This document shows positions 27,380 to 35,809 of a stretch of 64,000 nt of DNA, piece after piece. The translations under genes were made by a program, and so were the position numbers. The notes beneath the pieces were generated by a model. It was not told the origin of the DNA, searched no databases, and saw nothing but the letters and a program-made list of their open reading frames with translations. Origin of the DNA: an uncultured Solirubrobacterales bacterium (GTDB lineage: Bacteria; Actinomycetota; Thermoleophilia; Solirubrobacterales; Solirubrobacteraceae). The stretch is from the NCBI GenBank assembly GCA_963825025.1, contig CAWGRJ010000002.1:1218497-1282496 (forward strand), read 5' to 3'. Within the stretch, counting starts at the first letter, position 1. Each line of letters begins with the position of its first letter.

Positions 27380-30196
27380 TCACGACGTGTCCTCTGGCCC
27401 GTCGATTTGGGCAGTATCGGGGACCAAGTCGCGAAACTCGGTCATTCCTCGCGCGCCCAGCAAGTGCACAAGATCCTCGGCCTCCCGCCGCGTGTCCGCG
27501 TCCTCACTCGCCAGCGCGAGGCTCAGTGCCTCTCGGGTCTTGTCGACCGCCCCGTGCAGGCTCCACCCCTCTGTGTCCGTGAGCACCATGCCGCGCAAGA
27601 CCGCAACGGCTCCGCGCGGATGCTCCGAGGCAAGGCGCGGGAGGGCTCGGTAGACGACGAAGTGGGGGTCCAGGTGCACACCTAGACCGAGCACGGCTCG
27701 TGCCTGTTCGAGGAGCCAGCGTGCGTCGAACGTCGGCGCCCCGAGCCATGCGCCAAACCCGGCGAGTGCTCCGGGATCGCTCGCCTTCGTCTCCCTGAAG
27801 ATCCACTCCCACGTGGCCATGAAGCGACTGCCTATCTCGGACTGCAGCTTTGGGCTTTTCTCCAACGCCCACCCTGCGCGCGTGAGGACCTGCTTACGAA
27901 GCGCCGACCCGGCCGTCCTCCAGAACGTTGCGAAAAGGTCGTCGTCACCGCCGGCCGTCGCGCCGAGGACTCGGTACGTGAGCAGGTGATCGGCCAAGTG
28001 CTCGTCGGGACCGTCAGACTTCGGTGCGGCGTCCTCTTGCTCCGCGGCTTTCTGCACCGCGCGGCCGTACGCATCCTGTAGGACTCCGAATACGTCTGTG
28101 AACGGACGGTTGAAGACGACGTACGTATTCCACGCCGCGTCAAAGTGCGCGGCCAGCTCCGGAGCCGTCGGGAACACGAGCGGTGCGAGCTGGCCCGCCC
28201 AGCTCTTGTCGAGCCTCACGAACTGAGGAAACCACTGGCCGTAAACAGCGCGGATCGCGAGCGACGGGTCCGTGGTTGGGTCGAGGTGCTGTTCAAGGAG
28301 GTCCCTCGCCTCCGGTGCGAACCCGATCCCTGCCGTCTGCGCATCCTCTCCCAGCGCCCGCTCCACCCAGAGCAGATAACGGATCACGGCGTGGATCGCC
28401 TCGCCACGCGTCGTGTTGATCGCTAGCGTCGCGGGGTCCATCCCATCGCCGTTATGGCTCTGCTCCTGTCCGGGGGTAGGGTCTGGGTTCTCGGTGAGCA
28501 CCGCGAGCAAAGCCCAGATGGCCTCGCGCTCGGACTGCGGAGCTTCGGCCGGTCCCTTTGCGAAGCCCTGCGAGATCAACGAGGCGACCTGCTTGTGTGC
28601 CCATCCCCAGTCGGGATCACGATCCATGTAGGTGCCGGGCTCCTCGCCATTCGCCGTCTGCTGCAGCACCCATTCGCATAGCTCGATGACGGGTCGCCAG
28701 GGGAACGGCTGTTCCGCCCGGACGGCATCAGCAAGCCCGGCGAGCAACGCCCTGACGTAGGTCGCATCCATCCCGACGAACTCGCTGGCGATTCCGGCGA
28801 ACTCATCTGGTCTCTCCGCCACGACTTTCTCGAGTACTCGCCCCAAACCCTCGCCCGACGGCGCCCGACCGCCTGGCTCGGGTATCCACTCGCGTATCTT
28901 CCCGACGACTTCACGCGGGTCTAGTTCTCCCAGGTCCGCCTCGGTGTATGGGGACGTAGGGCCGGTCCAAGAGCTGGTGTACGAGAGAAAGGTCGGGTGC
29001 TCCGGCTCCCCGAACTCCTCACGCAATGCCTCGTACGCCTCGCGGTACTCTCCCGTGAGCTGCTCCGCGATCAGCACGTAGCGTTCCAGCCGGGAGCGCC
29101 GCTCCATGCGACGAAGGTCGTCGAGCGTGTAGCCCCTCTCCTCGCGCCACTCCGTCATATCCAGCTCGGGTCCGCGAGCAATCGTCGCGAGCACGACTTC
29201 CTGCTGCTCCGGCGTGAGGTCCGCGAATCGGTCGCGTAGCAGCTCCCCCCACTCGTGCCACACGTTGATGTCATAGGCAAGCTCGTGGTCACTCAGAGCT
29301 GCCGTCGCCGCCTCCACCGGCCCCTGAACGCGTACCAGGTGGATAGCTATGCGTCGGAACATCGCACCTGGCCGCTGCTGCAGCACCGAGGTTGCTAGTT
29401 GCCAGCCGTCCGGCCTCTCCGCGACCACAAGCGAGTAGTCACGGACCGCATCCACAAGTGTGTCGAGAAGCCCTTGCCCAAGGTTCTGCTCGTGGTTCTC
29501 AACGGCGTGCCGCCAAAAGCTCGTGAGGTCAACGTCGCCCTGCTGTCCGTCGCCAGCTTGCATTACGTCGCGCAAGCGGTCACACAGGAAGTTCAAGGCG
29601 CGGCCCGGGTCGGCCTCGATCAAGGCGGGCCAGGACCCCTTGACGACTTGTGCGTACTCGTATTCGCTCAGCCGCGAGGTCGCGGCTTCGCGGCTGAGAG
29701 CACGACTCTCGTTCGGCACAACAGCAAGAAGGGCGGTGGCCAGATCAAACGCGGCCTTGATCTGCCCCTCGCCAGCAAGGTACGCGAGCAGCTGCACGGC
29801 CGCAGACGGAATGCCCACGAGGTGCCCCGTGTAGCCGCGAAGCCACTTGGCCTCCTTGCTAGCAAGCTCAGCCGCCATCGGACCCGGTAGCTGTGCCGCG
29901 ATCTCGAACACGTTTTCGTGAACACGCGGATTGTCTGTTTGAGGGATGGCCCGCGCCAGCTTCAACACGTCTCCCGGCGCCCTAGCAGCCACCCTCGCCA
30001 GGTAGCGGGACTCCGGCCATGCCGGGTATCGCACCCAGTCTTCGCCGCGTTCCGGCTCGGGCGGCGCGCGAAAGAACTTCATCGCGGCAAGGCTCCGCAG
30101 CCAAGCCGGATCGTCCAGCTTCTCAAAGAAGTACTCGTAGCTCGCCGGACTCTTGCGGATCTGCGCGGCTGTGCGCTCCAGGTCGGTCTCAGGCAT
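27380..30196 (-). CDS. 938-aa alpha-helical repeat protein of unknown function
   Basis: Start trimmed to ATG 30196 (MPETDLERTAAQIRKSPASYEYFFEKLDDPAWLRSL...), which overlaps the upstream gene by 8 nt (ATGCCTGA). No P-loop or nuclease motif seen. Confidence 0.75.
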   Translation of the reverse strand: MPETDLERTAAQIRKSPASYEYFFEKLDDPAWLRSLAAMKFFRAPPEPERGEDWVRYPAWPESRYLARVAARAPGDVLKLARAIPQTDNPRVHENVFEIAAQLPGPMAAELASKEAKWLRGYTGHLVGIPSAAVQLLAYLAGEGQIKAAFDLATALLAVVPNESRALSREAATSRLSEYEYAQVVKGSWPALIEADPGRALNFLCDRLRDVMQAGDGQQGDVDLTSFWRHAVENHEQNLGQGLLDTLVDAVRDYSLVVAERPDGWQLATSVLQQRPGAMFRRIAIHLVRVQGPVEAATAALSDHELAYDINVWHEWGELLRDRFADLTPEQQEVVLATIARGPELDMTEWREERGYTLDDLRRMERRSRLERYVLIAEQLTGEYREAYEALREEFGEPEHPTFLSYTSSWTGPTSPYTEADLGELDPREVVGKIREWIPEPGGRAPSGEGLGRVLEKVVAERPDEFAGIASEFVGMDATYVRALLAGLADAVRAEQPFPWRPVIELCEWVLQQTANGEEPGTYMDRDPDWGWAHKQVASLISQGFAKGPAEAPQSEREAIWALLAVLTENPDPTPGQEQSHNGDGMDPATLAINTTRGEAIHAVIRYLLWVERALGEDAQTAGIGFAPEARDLLEQHLDPTTDPSLAIRAVYGQWFPQFVRLDKSWAGQLAPLVFPTAPELAAHFDAAWNTYVVFNRPFTDVFGVLQDAYGRAVQKAAEQEDAAPKSDGPDEHLADHLLTYRVLGATAGGDDDLFATFWRTAGSALRKQVLTRAGWALEKSPKLQSEIGSRFMATWEWIFRETKASDPGALAGFGAWLGAPTFDARWLLEQARAVLGLGVHLDPHFVVYRALPRLASEHPRGAVAVLRGMVLTDTEGWSLHGAVDKTREALSLALASEDADTRREAEDLVHLLGARGMTEFRDLVPDTAQIDGPEDTS

Positions 30197-30806
30197 CTGG
30201 AGGCCCCTCCGCAATCAGGTTGTCTATCCCGCTGATGTCCGTGAAGGTCCGGGGTCGCAGCCAGTCGAGCAGGAAACGCTCAAACGCCCGCAGTTGGGAC
30301 AGAAACGACTCCTCGGTCGGGCGCCTACCTCCGTGAAGGACACCGCTGAAGTAGCCACTGAAATCCATCCATTCGTCCCCTCGGGCACGATGCACTACGG
30401 GAGGTGCCATGCGCCCTGATGGATCGAGCCGCTGGATGGTGTCGCTGGCCTGGTTCCTGCGGCCTGGGTAGTCCTGTTCGAACTCAACGAAGAAGTCGTC
30501 GAGCATTGCGGCGAAACCCTTCCCGTCGCCGTCTGGTGCCGCCCCGAACGAGCGGCTGGCTACCTCCCATCGTTTTTTGAGCTGCTTCACGCGCTCGCCT
30601 AGCTTCTCACCCTTCGGACCCTCTTGAAACTCGTCGAGCAGCTCGCGCAGGCCGCAGGCCGCCAGGCGGATGCGTGCCGGGTTCTCGCGATCCGCGAGAG
30701 CCCGTAGAGCGCCTTCGTAAAGAGCGCCGGCCTCGTCCTTGCGCTCCGTGAGGGCTGCGAGAAGCTCGCGAGCACGACCGCTCAGCTCTAGCGGAAACCT
30801 ATCCAT
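30189..30806 (-). CDS. 205-aa protein of unknown function, first gene of the pair
   Basis: Start trimmed to ATG 30806 (MDRFPLELSGRARELLAALTERKDEAGALYEGALRALADRENPARIRLAACGLRELLDEF...). The stop lies inside the start region of the 938-aa gene. Confidence 0.65.
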   Translation of the reverse strand: MDRFPLELSGRARELLAALTERKDEAGALYEGALRALADRENPARIRLAACGLRELLDEFQEGPKGEKLGERVKQLKKRWEVASRSFGAAPDGDGKGFAAMLDDFFVEFEQDYPGRRNQASDTIQRLDPSGRMAPPVVHRARGDEWMDFSGYFSGVLHGGRRPTEESFLSQLRAFERFLLDWLRPRTFTDISGIDNLIAEGPPDA

Positions 30807-31209
30807 TCTCGAATCATCACCAGACGGCGACACCTTCTCACTGCTCACACGAGCCGCCCGTGCGTTGTGGCGGTCTGCTGCAACCCACCCCCTGCACGCC
30901 GACGAGCCAGCCGTTTGAGAGCTGCTGACTGCAGCACCGATTCGGGGACAGCAAGAACATGTGCCCACGGTAGCGCCACCCGCCGGCTACCAACTAAAGT
31001 CCGTGCAGCGTGGGCATCGCTGCTGCTGCGCTGACCGGCGTCGATGACACAGACTCCGCGGGAGCGTTCGGCTTTCGCACGGATGCGAGCGTCCCGCCCG
31101 ACCTCGCACCGGCTCCCGGATCGGACGAGGACCAGCACTTTCCGAAAGCGCCTCGCTCGCTCTCGCTTGTGCCGGATACGTGCGCGAACTTGCGAGGGAG
31201 ACCACTTTG

Positions 31210-32253
31210 TCAGCGTGCGAGCGGGAAGCGCCGCTGGAGGAAGTCGCGGAAGTGAGGGACGGTGAACTCGGTCGTTCCGTAGGAGGGGCTGTAGACGAGG
31301 CCCTTCTCGATCAGCCGCCCGCGTGTCGGACCGACGCTGGTCGGGCTCTTACGCCCGAGCTTTCCGGCTATGTCACCTGAGCGGTATGGCCCCTCGCCGA
31401 GCGCGGCCATCGCGGCGAGGTAGTCAAGCTCCGCCTGGGTCGCCCTTCCGATACGAACCTCGAAGAAGCTCTCGTCAAGCTCTAGCTGGACGAGCCGTTC
31501 AGCGACTTGGACGTCCTGGAGAGTGATGGCTGGCCCTGTCGCGACATTCCAGGCGTGCTTGCCGTACTCCTGCAGGAAGTAGGGGTAACCGTCGGTGAAG
31601 TGAAGGATGTGGGCGGTCGCAGCGGTCTCGTAGCTCACCTGCGCCGCGTGGGCTGGCAGCTCAAGCGCGCCTCGGGCGGCGTCGTCCGCGAGGCGCCCGA
31701 TCGAGGGGAACCGAAAGAGGCGCTCCGAGTAGGACTTCGCTGCTCCGGTGAGGGCGGGTAGCTGTGGCAGGCCCGCGCCTGCGAGCGTGAGCGGTAGCGC
31801 GCGCTGGGAAACCTGGTGTAGAGCAGCGATCAGCGCTTCAAGCTCGGGCCGCGCGAGGTACTGAACCTCATCGAGCAGGAACACGACACCCGTATCGTGC
31901 TCTTGGGCGGCTTCGCCAAGGCCGACAAAGAGGTCGGAGAGGTCGTCGCTGAGGTCGCCCGAGTCGCCTCGGCCGAGCAGTGCATCAACGTCCACGCCGA
32001 TCTCCGGGCCGTCCGGTATCCGCACCGTGAACGCCTTGAAGATCGCTGCGGCGCGACGCGCGCGCTCGCGCATCCGATCGGCTGGGCTGATCGCGAGCAA
32101 GGCTCTACGTGCGAGCCGTGCGAGCATCGGCCGGAAGTCAGTCTCATGCGTGATCTCGCTCTTGGCGGTCCGGAAGCCAGCCTCTTCCGCGAGGGCCTCA
32201 AAGGTGTTCAGCAAGACAGTCTTCCCTACGCCCCTCAGCCCCGTGATCAGCAT
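31210..32253 (-). CDS. P-loop ATPase of the Arch_ATPase/AAA_16-like type with C-terminal winged helix
   Basis: Walker A LITGLRGVGKTVLL. Walker B VVFLLDEVQYL. C-terminal wHTH YRSGDIAGKLGRKSPTSVGPTRGRLIEKGLVYSP. The conserved-looking N-terminus lies upstream of the first canonical start (see finding). Confidence 0.8.
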   Translation of the reverse strand: MLITGLRGVGKTVLLNTFEALAEEAGFRTAKSEITHETDFRPMLARLARRALLAISPADRMRERARRAAAIFKAFTVRIPDGPEIGVDVDALLGRGDSGDLSDDLSDLFVGLGEAAQEHDTGVVFLLDEVQYLARPELEALIAALHQVSQRALPLTLAGAGLPQLPALTGAAKSYSERLFRFPSIGRLADDAARGALELPAHAAQVSYETAATAHILHFTDGYPYFLQEYGKHAWNVATGPAITLQDVQVAERLVQLELDESFFEVRIGRATQAELDYLAAMAALGEGPYRSGDIAGKLGRKSPTSVGPTRGRLIEKGLVYSPSYGTTEFTVPHFRDFLQRRFPLAR

Positions 32254-32475
32254 GCTCTTCTCAGGGTGGCCAGCACGGAGGCGGCCGAGGAGGACCCGGA
32301 ACTGCTCGATCTCGCTGTCGCGGCCGGTCAGCGCTGGCGGGCGGGAGCCCGCGCCTGGGCTATAGGGGTTGTTGATCGGGTCGATGCCCGGACTATACGG
32401 AGTTATAGGCGGTTTATCGAGGTCGCGTAAACCCTCTAAAACTTGGTAAGACTCCGCTTGGGAAGGTGCCCGCGC

Positions 32476-33162
32476 TCACCCGAGCCGGCCGGCGTCGCAG
32501 GCGCGTTCGGCGAGTTGATCCCAGCCGATGTAGTGGGCGCGCGAAGCGCGCCCGTCGACGTTGACCGGGACGCCCTCGCCCGCCAGGAGCCGCACGCACT
32601 CTCCGGGGTCGGCGGTCTTGGTCGCAAAGCTCCGCCACGCCGCGGGCACTTGCCCACCTGGCGGCAGCACGCGGTGAGCGGGAAAGTCGGGCAGCTCGAC
32701 GGCGGCGCGCAGCACCTCGCGGCCGTGACGGAGGTCGCCGTGTATCACGAGGGAGATGTCGTCAAAGGTCGTCCACTCGCCGGCCGTGATTAGCTGCGCG
32801 ATCGCGAGGTACGGGTTAGCGGACCGATGCCTCGGCGTGAGTCGCCAGCGGGTGTGCTCGGCGTGGCGGAAACTTTCCGCGATGCCGCGCGCGGCGAGGG
32901 CGTACAGCGCGGCGTGGGTGTTCGCCGCGTCGTAGTCGATATCCCGCGCTACTTCGCTCGTTGACAGGCCCTCATCGGTGTCCAGGCCGGCCAGCGCGGC
33001 GATCTCCTGCTGGCGGCGTCCGAGGCCGAGGCTGGCGAGGTCGGCGCCGTCGCCGTCACGGTCAGAGGCGGGGCGGACTGCCTGCGCGAACGCGAGCAGC
33101 GCGGAGGCGGTCGACTCGGCGAGCTCGGCGAGTGTCTCCTGGCCCTGCGGGGTCTCGATCAT
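32476..33162 (-). CDS. winged-helix protein fused to a Cys-less MGMT/ATL-like DNA-binding domain
   Basis: GGAAGGAGA Shine-Dalgarno before ATG 33162. The C-terminal block EWTTFDDISLVIHGDLRHGREV...FPAHRVLPPGG resembles the alkyltransferase PCHRV motif with Cys replaced by Ala. Confidence 0.7.
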   Translation of the reverse strand: MIETPQGQETLAELAESTASALLAFAQAVRPASDRDGDGADLASLGLGRRQQEIAALAGLDTDEGLSTSEVARDIDYDAANTHAALYALAARGIAESFRHAEHTRWRLTPRHRSANPYLAIAQLITAGEWTTFDDISLVIHGDLRHGREVLRAAVELPDFPAHRVLPPGGQVPAAWRSFATKTADPGECVRLLAGEGVPVNVDGRASRAHYIGWDQLAERACDAGRLG

Positions 33163-33275
33163 TGCTCTGCTCTCCTTCCGTTGAGGGATTGCGCGCTGGG
33201 CCCGCCCCCTCGCCCCACCGCCTACGTGGGCGGCGGGGGTGAGGGGGCGGGCGCCGTTATCGGTCAGCGCCACGA

Positions 33276-33860
33276 TCACGCGAGGCTGTAGCGGCGCGGC
33301 TTCTCATTGACGAGCTTCACCTTTTTCGCGTCGGTCAGCCGCACGAGGCAGTTGCCGACCGCACCCGAGCTGCGCTCGAGGGCCTTGGCGATCTCGGTCG
33401 GCCCGTGCGGGCCGCTGCCGGCGTTGTCCTCGAGGTAGCCCATCACGAGCGGGTCAAGGCCACCCGGTTTGAGCTTGCCGTCCGCGGGCTCGCTGGCGCT
33501 TGCCGCGGGCGCGCTCTTCCCACCGGCCGGCTTGTCGGCGGCGGGTGCCTTGGCGCCCTTGCCGTCGCCCGCCGCAGTGGCCGGCTGCTCGGCCGCGAGC
33601 ACATGCCCGGCGTAGGCGGCGGGCATCTCGACCCCGGCGAGCGTCCAGCGGTCCGGCAGCCGCTTCCCGTGGTCGCGCCCGCCCTGATGGCGGGTGACCT
33701 CACCGGCGTCGGCGAGCCGCCCGAGCACCTTCCCGGCCGTGGAGCGGCCGATCCCGGCGACCTGCGCGATGCCCTCGGTCGTGCCGCCCGCGGTCGTCTT
33801 CACCGCCGCCTTGACGGCCTCCTCGGGGCCCTTCGATTCGGTCTTCGTCTTGCTGCTCAT
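33276..33860 (-). CDS. DNA-binding protein with two winged-helix (MarR-like) domains joined by an Ala/Lys/Pro linker
   Basis: AAGGAGA Shine-Dalgarno before ATG 33860. GTTEGIAQVAGIGRSTAGKVLGRLADAGEVTR and GPTEIAKALERSSGAVGNCLVRLTDAKKVKLV. The upstream 273 codons of the track ORF were rejected. Confidence 0.7.
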   Translation of the reverse strand: MSSKTKTESKGPEEAVKAAVKTTAGGTTEGIAQVAGIGRSTAGKVLGRLADAGEVTRHQGGRDHGKRLPDRWTLAGVEMPAAYAGHVLAAEQPATAAGDGKGAKAPAADKPAGGKSAPAASASEPADGKLKPGGLDPLVMGYLEDNAGSGPHGPTEIAKALERSSGAVGNCLVRLTDAKKVKLVNEKPRRYSLA

Positions 33861-34112
33861 CGTCGATTCTCCTTTGTTAGAGCCCTTTCCGGGCCTTTGG
33901 CGGAGGACGTGGTAGCTCTCCCGGCGGGGCAAGTCAAGTCCTCTCGCACGACCCCTCGCAGGCCGATAGCGCGGTTCGCTAGCACCTGTGCGAGACACGG
34001 CCAAGACGACGATTCGAGGCGGCGGATGCGCGCTGCGGCGGATCGGCCGCCCCTCGCGCGCGGCTCGGCCGAGGCCGGCGAGAGCGCGGTGCGGCGGACC
34101 TCGCAGGCGAAC

Positions 34113-34145
34113 TTGACTTGTGCTGGTGGGTCGAGCTAGACGTGT
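34113..34145 (+). promoter_or_regulatory. promoter P1: TTGACT, 12 nt, then conserved TCGAGCTAGACGTGT
   Basis: TTGACT at 34113-34118. The 15-nt motif at 34131-34145 contains a TAGACG -10 candidate 18 nt after the -35. Lies 74 nt upstream of GTG 34219. Confidence 0.5.
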
Positions 34146-34218
34146 CCGCCATGACCGAAGCCGCCCAGCAAAACAGCCTCGCGCCGGACCCGGCGTCGCC
34201 ACGCCCAAGGAGCCGACC

Positions 34219-34890
34219 GTGATCGGCGCTGACATCCGCCGCGGCGAATGGGGCAGCAAGTTCCCCACCGACTTGGTCCGCGACTTCATCCGCAGCTCGC
34301 TTCGGCATTCCGCCGCCGCGGACATGGTGAGCGAGTACGTGTTCGACATCGCCACCAGCGGCGAGGAGCCTCCAGCCGATATCGGCGAGGCGCTCCGGGT
34401 CGCGATAGGCGAGGTGCTCAGCGCCGCCACCAGCGAGGATTGGGAGCAAGTCGGCCGCGATCTCTTGGCGGACGCCCGCGACTGCATCGGTGACGACCCG
34501 CCGCCGGGAGCGCCGCCCGAGGAGCCGATCCCGACGGCATGGCGGCCCCTACCCGCAGGCCGCTCGCGGCGCAAGACGCCGGTCATCATCAGGCAGGAAG
34601 CGATCCTCGACTGGCTGACAGAGGTGCGCTCGGCAACGCTGCGTGAGATCGCCGAGCACTTCGGTATCAGCAAGCACACCGCGCGAATGAAATCCGACGG
34701 GCTTGTAGCTCAGGGCAAGCTCGAAGTCAGACCCGGCGCCCGCGCGAACCGCGACCGGCCTGTAATCGAGCGCCGGTACACCGTCACGCGCCCGCCCGAT
34801 CCGCCAGCCGAGGGGCTCGGCGGCGGGCTTCCAGTCGCGCACGGGGACGGCCCGCATGACCGACTTGAGCTTTCCGCTGGATCGAGCTAG
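34219..34890 (+). CDS. 223-aa protein with C-terminal winged-helix DNA-binding domain
   Basis: AAGGAG (34207-34212) 6 nt before GTG 34219. C-terminal ILDWLTEVRSATLREIAEHFGISKHTARMKSDGLVAQGKLEV. Confidence 0.6.
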   Translation: MIGADIRRGEWGSKFPTDLVRDFIRSSLRHSAAADMVSEYVFDIATSGEEPPADIGEALRVAIGEVLSAATSEDWEQVGRDLLADARDCIGDDPPPGAPPEEPIPTAWRPLPAGRSRRKTPVIIRQEAILDWLTEVRSATLREIAEHFGISKHTARMKSDGLVAQGKLEVRPGARANRDRPVIERRYTVTRPPDPPAEGLGGGLPVAHGDGPHDRLELSAGSS

Positions 34891-34896
34891 ACGTGT
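34865..34896 (+). promoter_or_regulatory. promoter P2: TTGAGC, 11 nt, then TCGAGCTAGACGTGT
   Basis: TTGAGC at 34865-34870. The motif at 34882-34896 spans the TAG stop (34888-34890) of the preceding gene. Lies 33 nt upstream of ATG 34929. Confidence 0.5.
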
Positions 34897-34928
34897 GTCC
34901 CGATGCAGACAAACGGACTCGATAGGCG

Positions 34929-35255
34929 ATGAGCGCCGTGGTGAGCCTTGCCGCGAGCGGCGTGCTGGTCGCGCTCGGCGTGTGGCTCCTTGGGGGATTC
35001 GTCCTGCGTACTGGCGGAGCGTTCCTCGCGGTCGGCGGCCTTTTCGCTACCGCGACGACCGGGTCACTCACAATTGCGGCAGCAACCATCACCGGCACCG
35101 TTGCGTGGCTTGCCGGGCACTGGCTGTTCGCGTTGCGCCACCACTACTTCCGCTCACCGCTCGCGCGTCGCGTCTTTCTCGATCAGCTACCCGCCGCGCT
35201 CGATCCGACGAGGCGGTGGGGTGTACCGAATATCCCGCCGGGGTGCCGCCGATGA
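34929..35255 (+). CDS. small membrane protein (108 aa, about 3 TM)
   Basis: VVSLAASGVLVALGVWLLGGFVL, GGAFLAVGGLFATATTGSLTIAAATI and TGTVAWLAGHWLFAL. Confidence 0.65.
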   Translation: MSAVVSLAASGVLVALGVWLLGGFVLRTGGAFLAVGGLFATATTGSLTIAAATITGTVAWLAGHWLFALRHHYFRSPLARRVFLDQLPAALDPTRRWGVPNIPPGCRR

Positions 35256-35488
35256 GCCAACGTGAGCCCGAAATCACCTCGCACCGAAAAGGCGCCACCA
35301 TCGGCGTTAACCGTGACGGTATGCCAGTCGGCGTCGTGACCGACCTCGGCCACCGCCGGTTCGCGATGCGCCTCTACACGGCCGAGTGCCCGTGGGAGAC
35401 ATACGCAGGCGTCGCCACCTCCGAAGCTCAGGCCATCACGACCGTCGGGCTGCGCGGCGAGACCCCCGCCCACATGGAGGATCGATGA
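35252..35488 (+). CDS. hypothetical protein (78 aa), ATGA-coupled to the membrane protein
   Basis: ATG 35252 overlaps TGA 35253-35255. MSQREPEITSHRKGATIGVNRDGMPVGVVTDLGHRRFAMRLYTAECPWETYAGVATSEAQ... Confidence 0.5.
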   Translation: MSQREPEITSHRKGATIGVNRDGMPVGVVTDLGHRRFAMRLYTAECPWETYAGVATSEAQAITTVGLRGETPAHMEDR

Positions 35489-35737
35489 GCAGTGGCCGGA
35501 GTCCCCTTTTGCTACCAGCCCGAGCGGGCAGGCAATCTCGGGGGGAAGTCTTACCGCGAGGCCGTGGGCATCGCGGTAGAGCAAGGCGTCCCACTGACGG
35601 AATGGTGAGGCACGCCATGCGACTTGTAGGGCGGCGGGAGGCCCATCGCTCCCCTCATAAACAAAGGCCAGCCGCCGCCCTACAAGCAACCTTCGCGGCG
35701 CGAGGCGCGAGTGTCACAAAAAGGTTTCCGGCAAGCC

Positions 35738-35769
35738 TTGATCTTTACCTGCGGTCGAGCTAGACGTGT
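35738..35769 (+). promoter_or_regulatory. promoter P3: TTGATC, 11 nt, then TCGAGCTAGACGTGT
   Basis: TTGATC at 35738-35743. Motif at 35755-35769. Lies 41 nt upstream of ATG 35810. Confidence 0.5.
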
Positions 35770-35809
35770 CTCGGCCAGCAAGGCACGTTCTAGTCAAAGG
35801 AGAAAACGC

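Noticed and set aside
33861-34679. N-terminal 273 codons of the 467-aa track ORF 33276-34679(-).
   Set aside because: An internal ATG at 33860 has an AAGGAGA Shine-Dalgarno and starts the recognisable double winged-helix protein. The upstream part is low-complexity, and it overlaps the divergent promoter P1 and the plus-strand gene starting at 34219.
35485-35763. ATGA-coupled ORF after 35252-35488 (MSSGRSPLLLPARAGRQSRG...). Alternatives were a 39-codon GTG ORF (35497-35616, VAGVPFCYQPERAGNLGGKSYREAVGIAVEQGVPLTEW) or the antisense ORF 35183-35689.
   Set aside because: The coupled ORF is Arg-rich and low-complexity. The two alternatives have similar third-position GC (about 74-76% by hand count), so I cannot tell which, if any, is coding.
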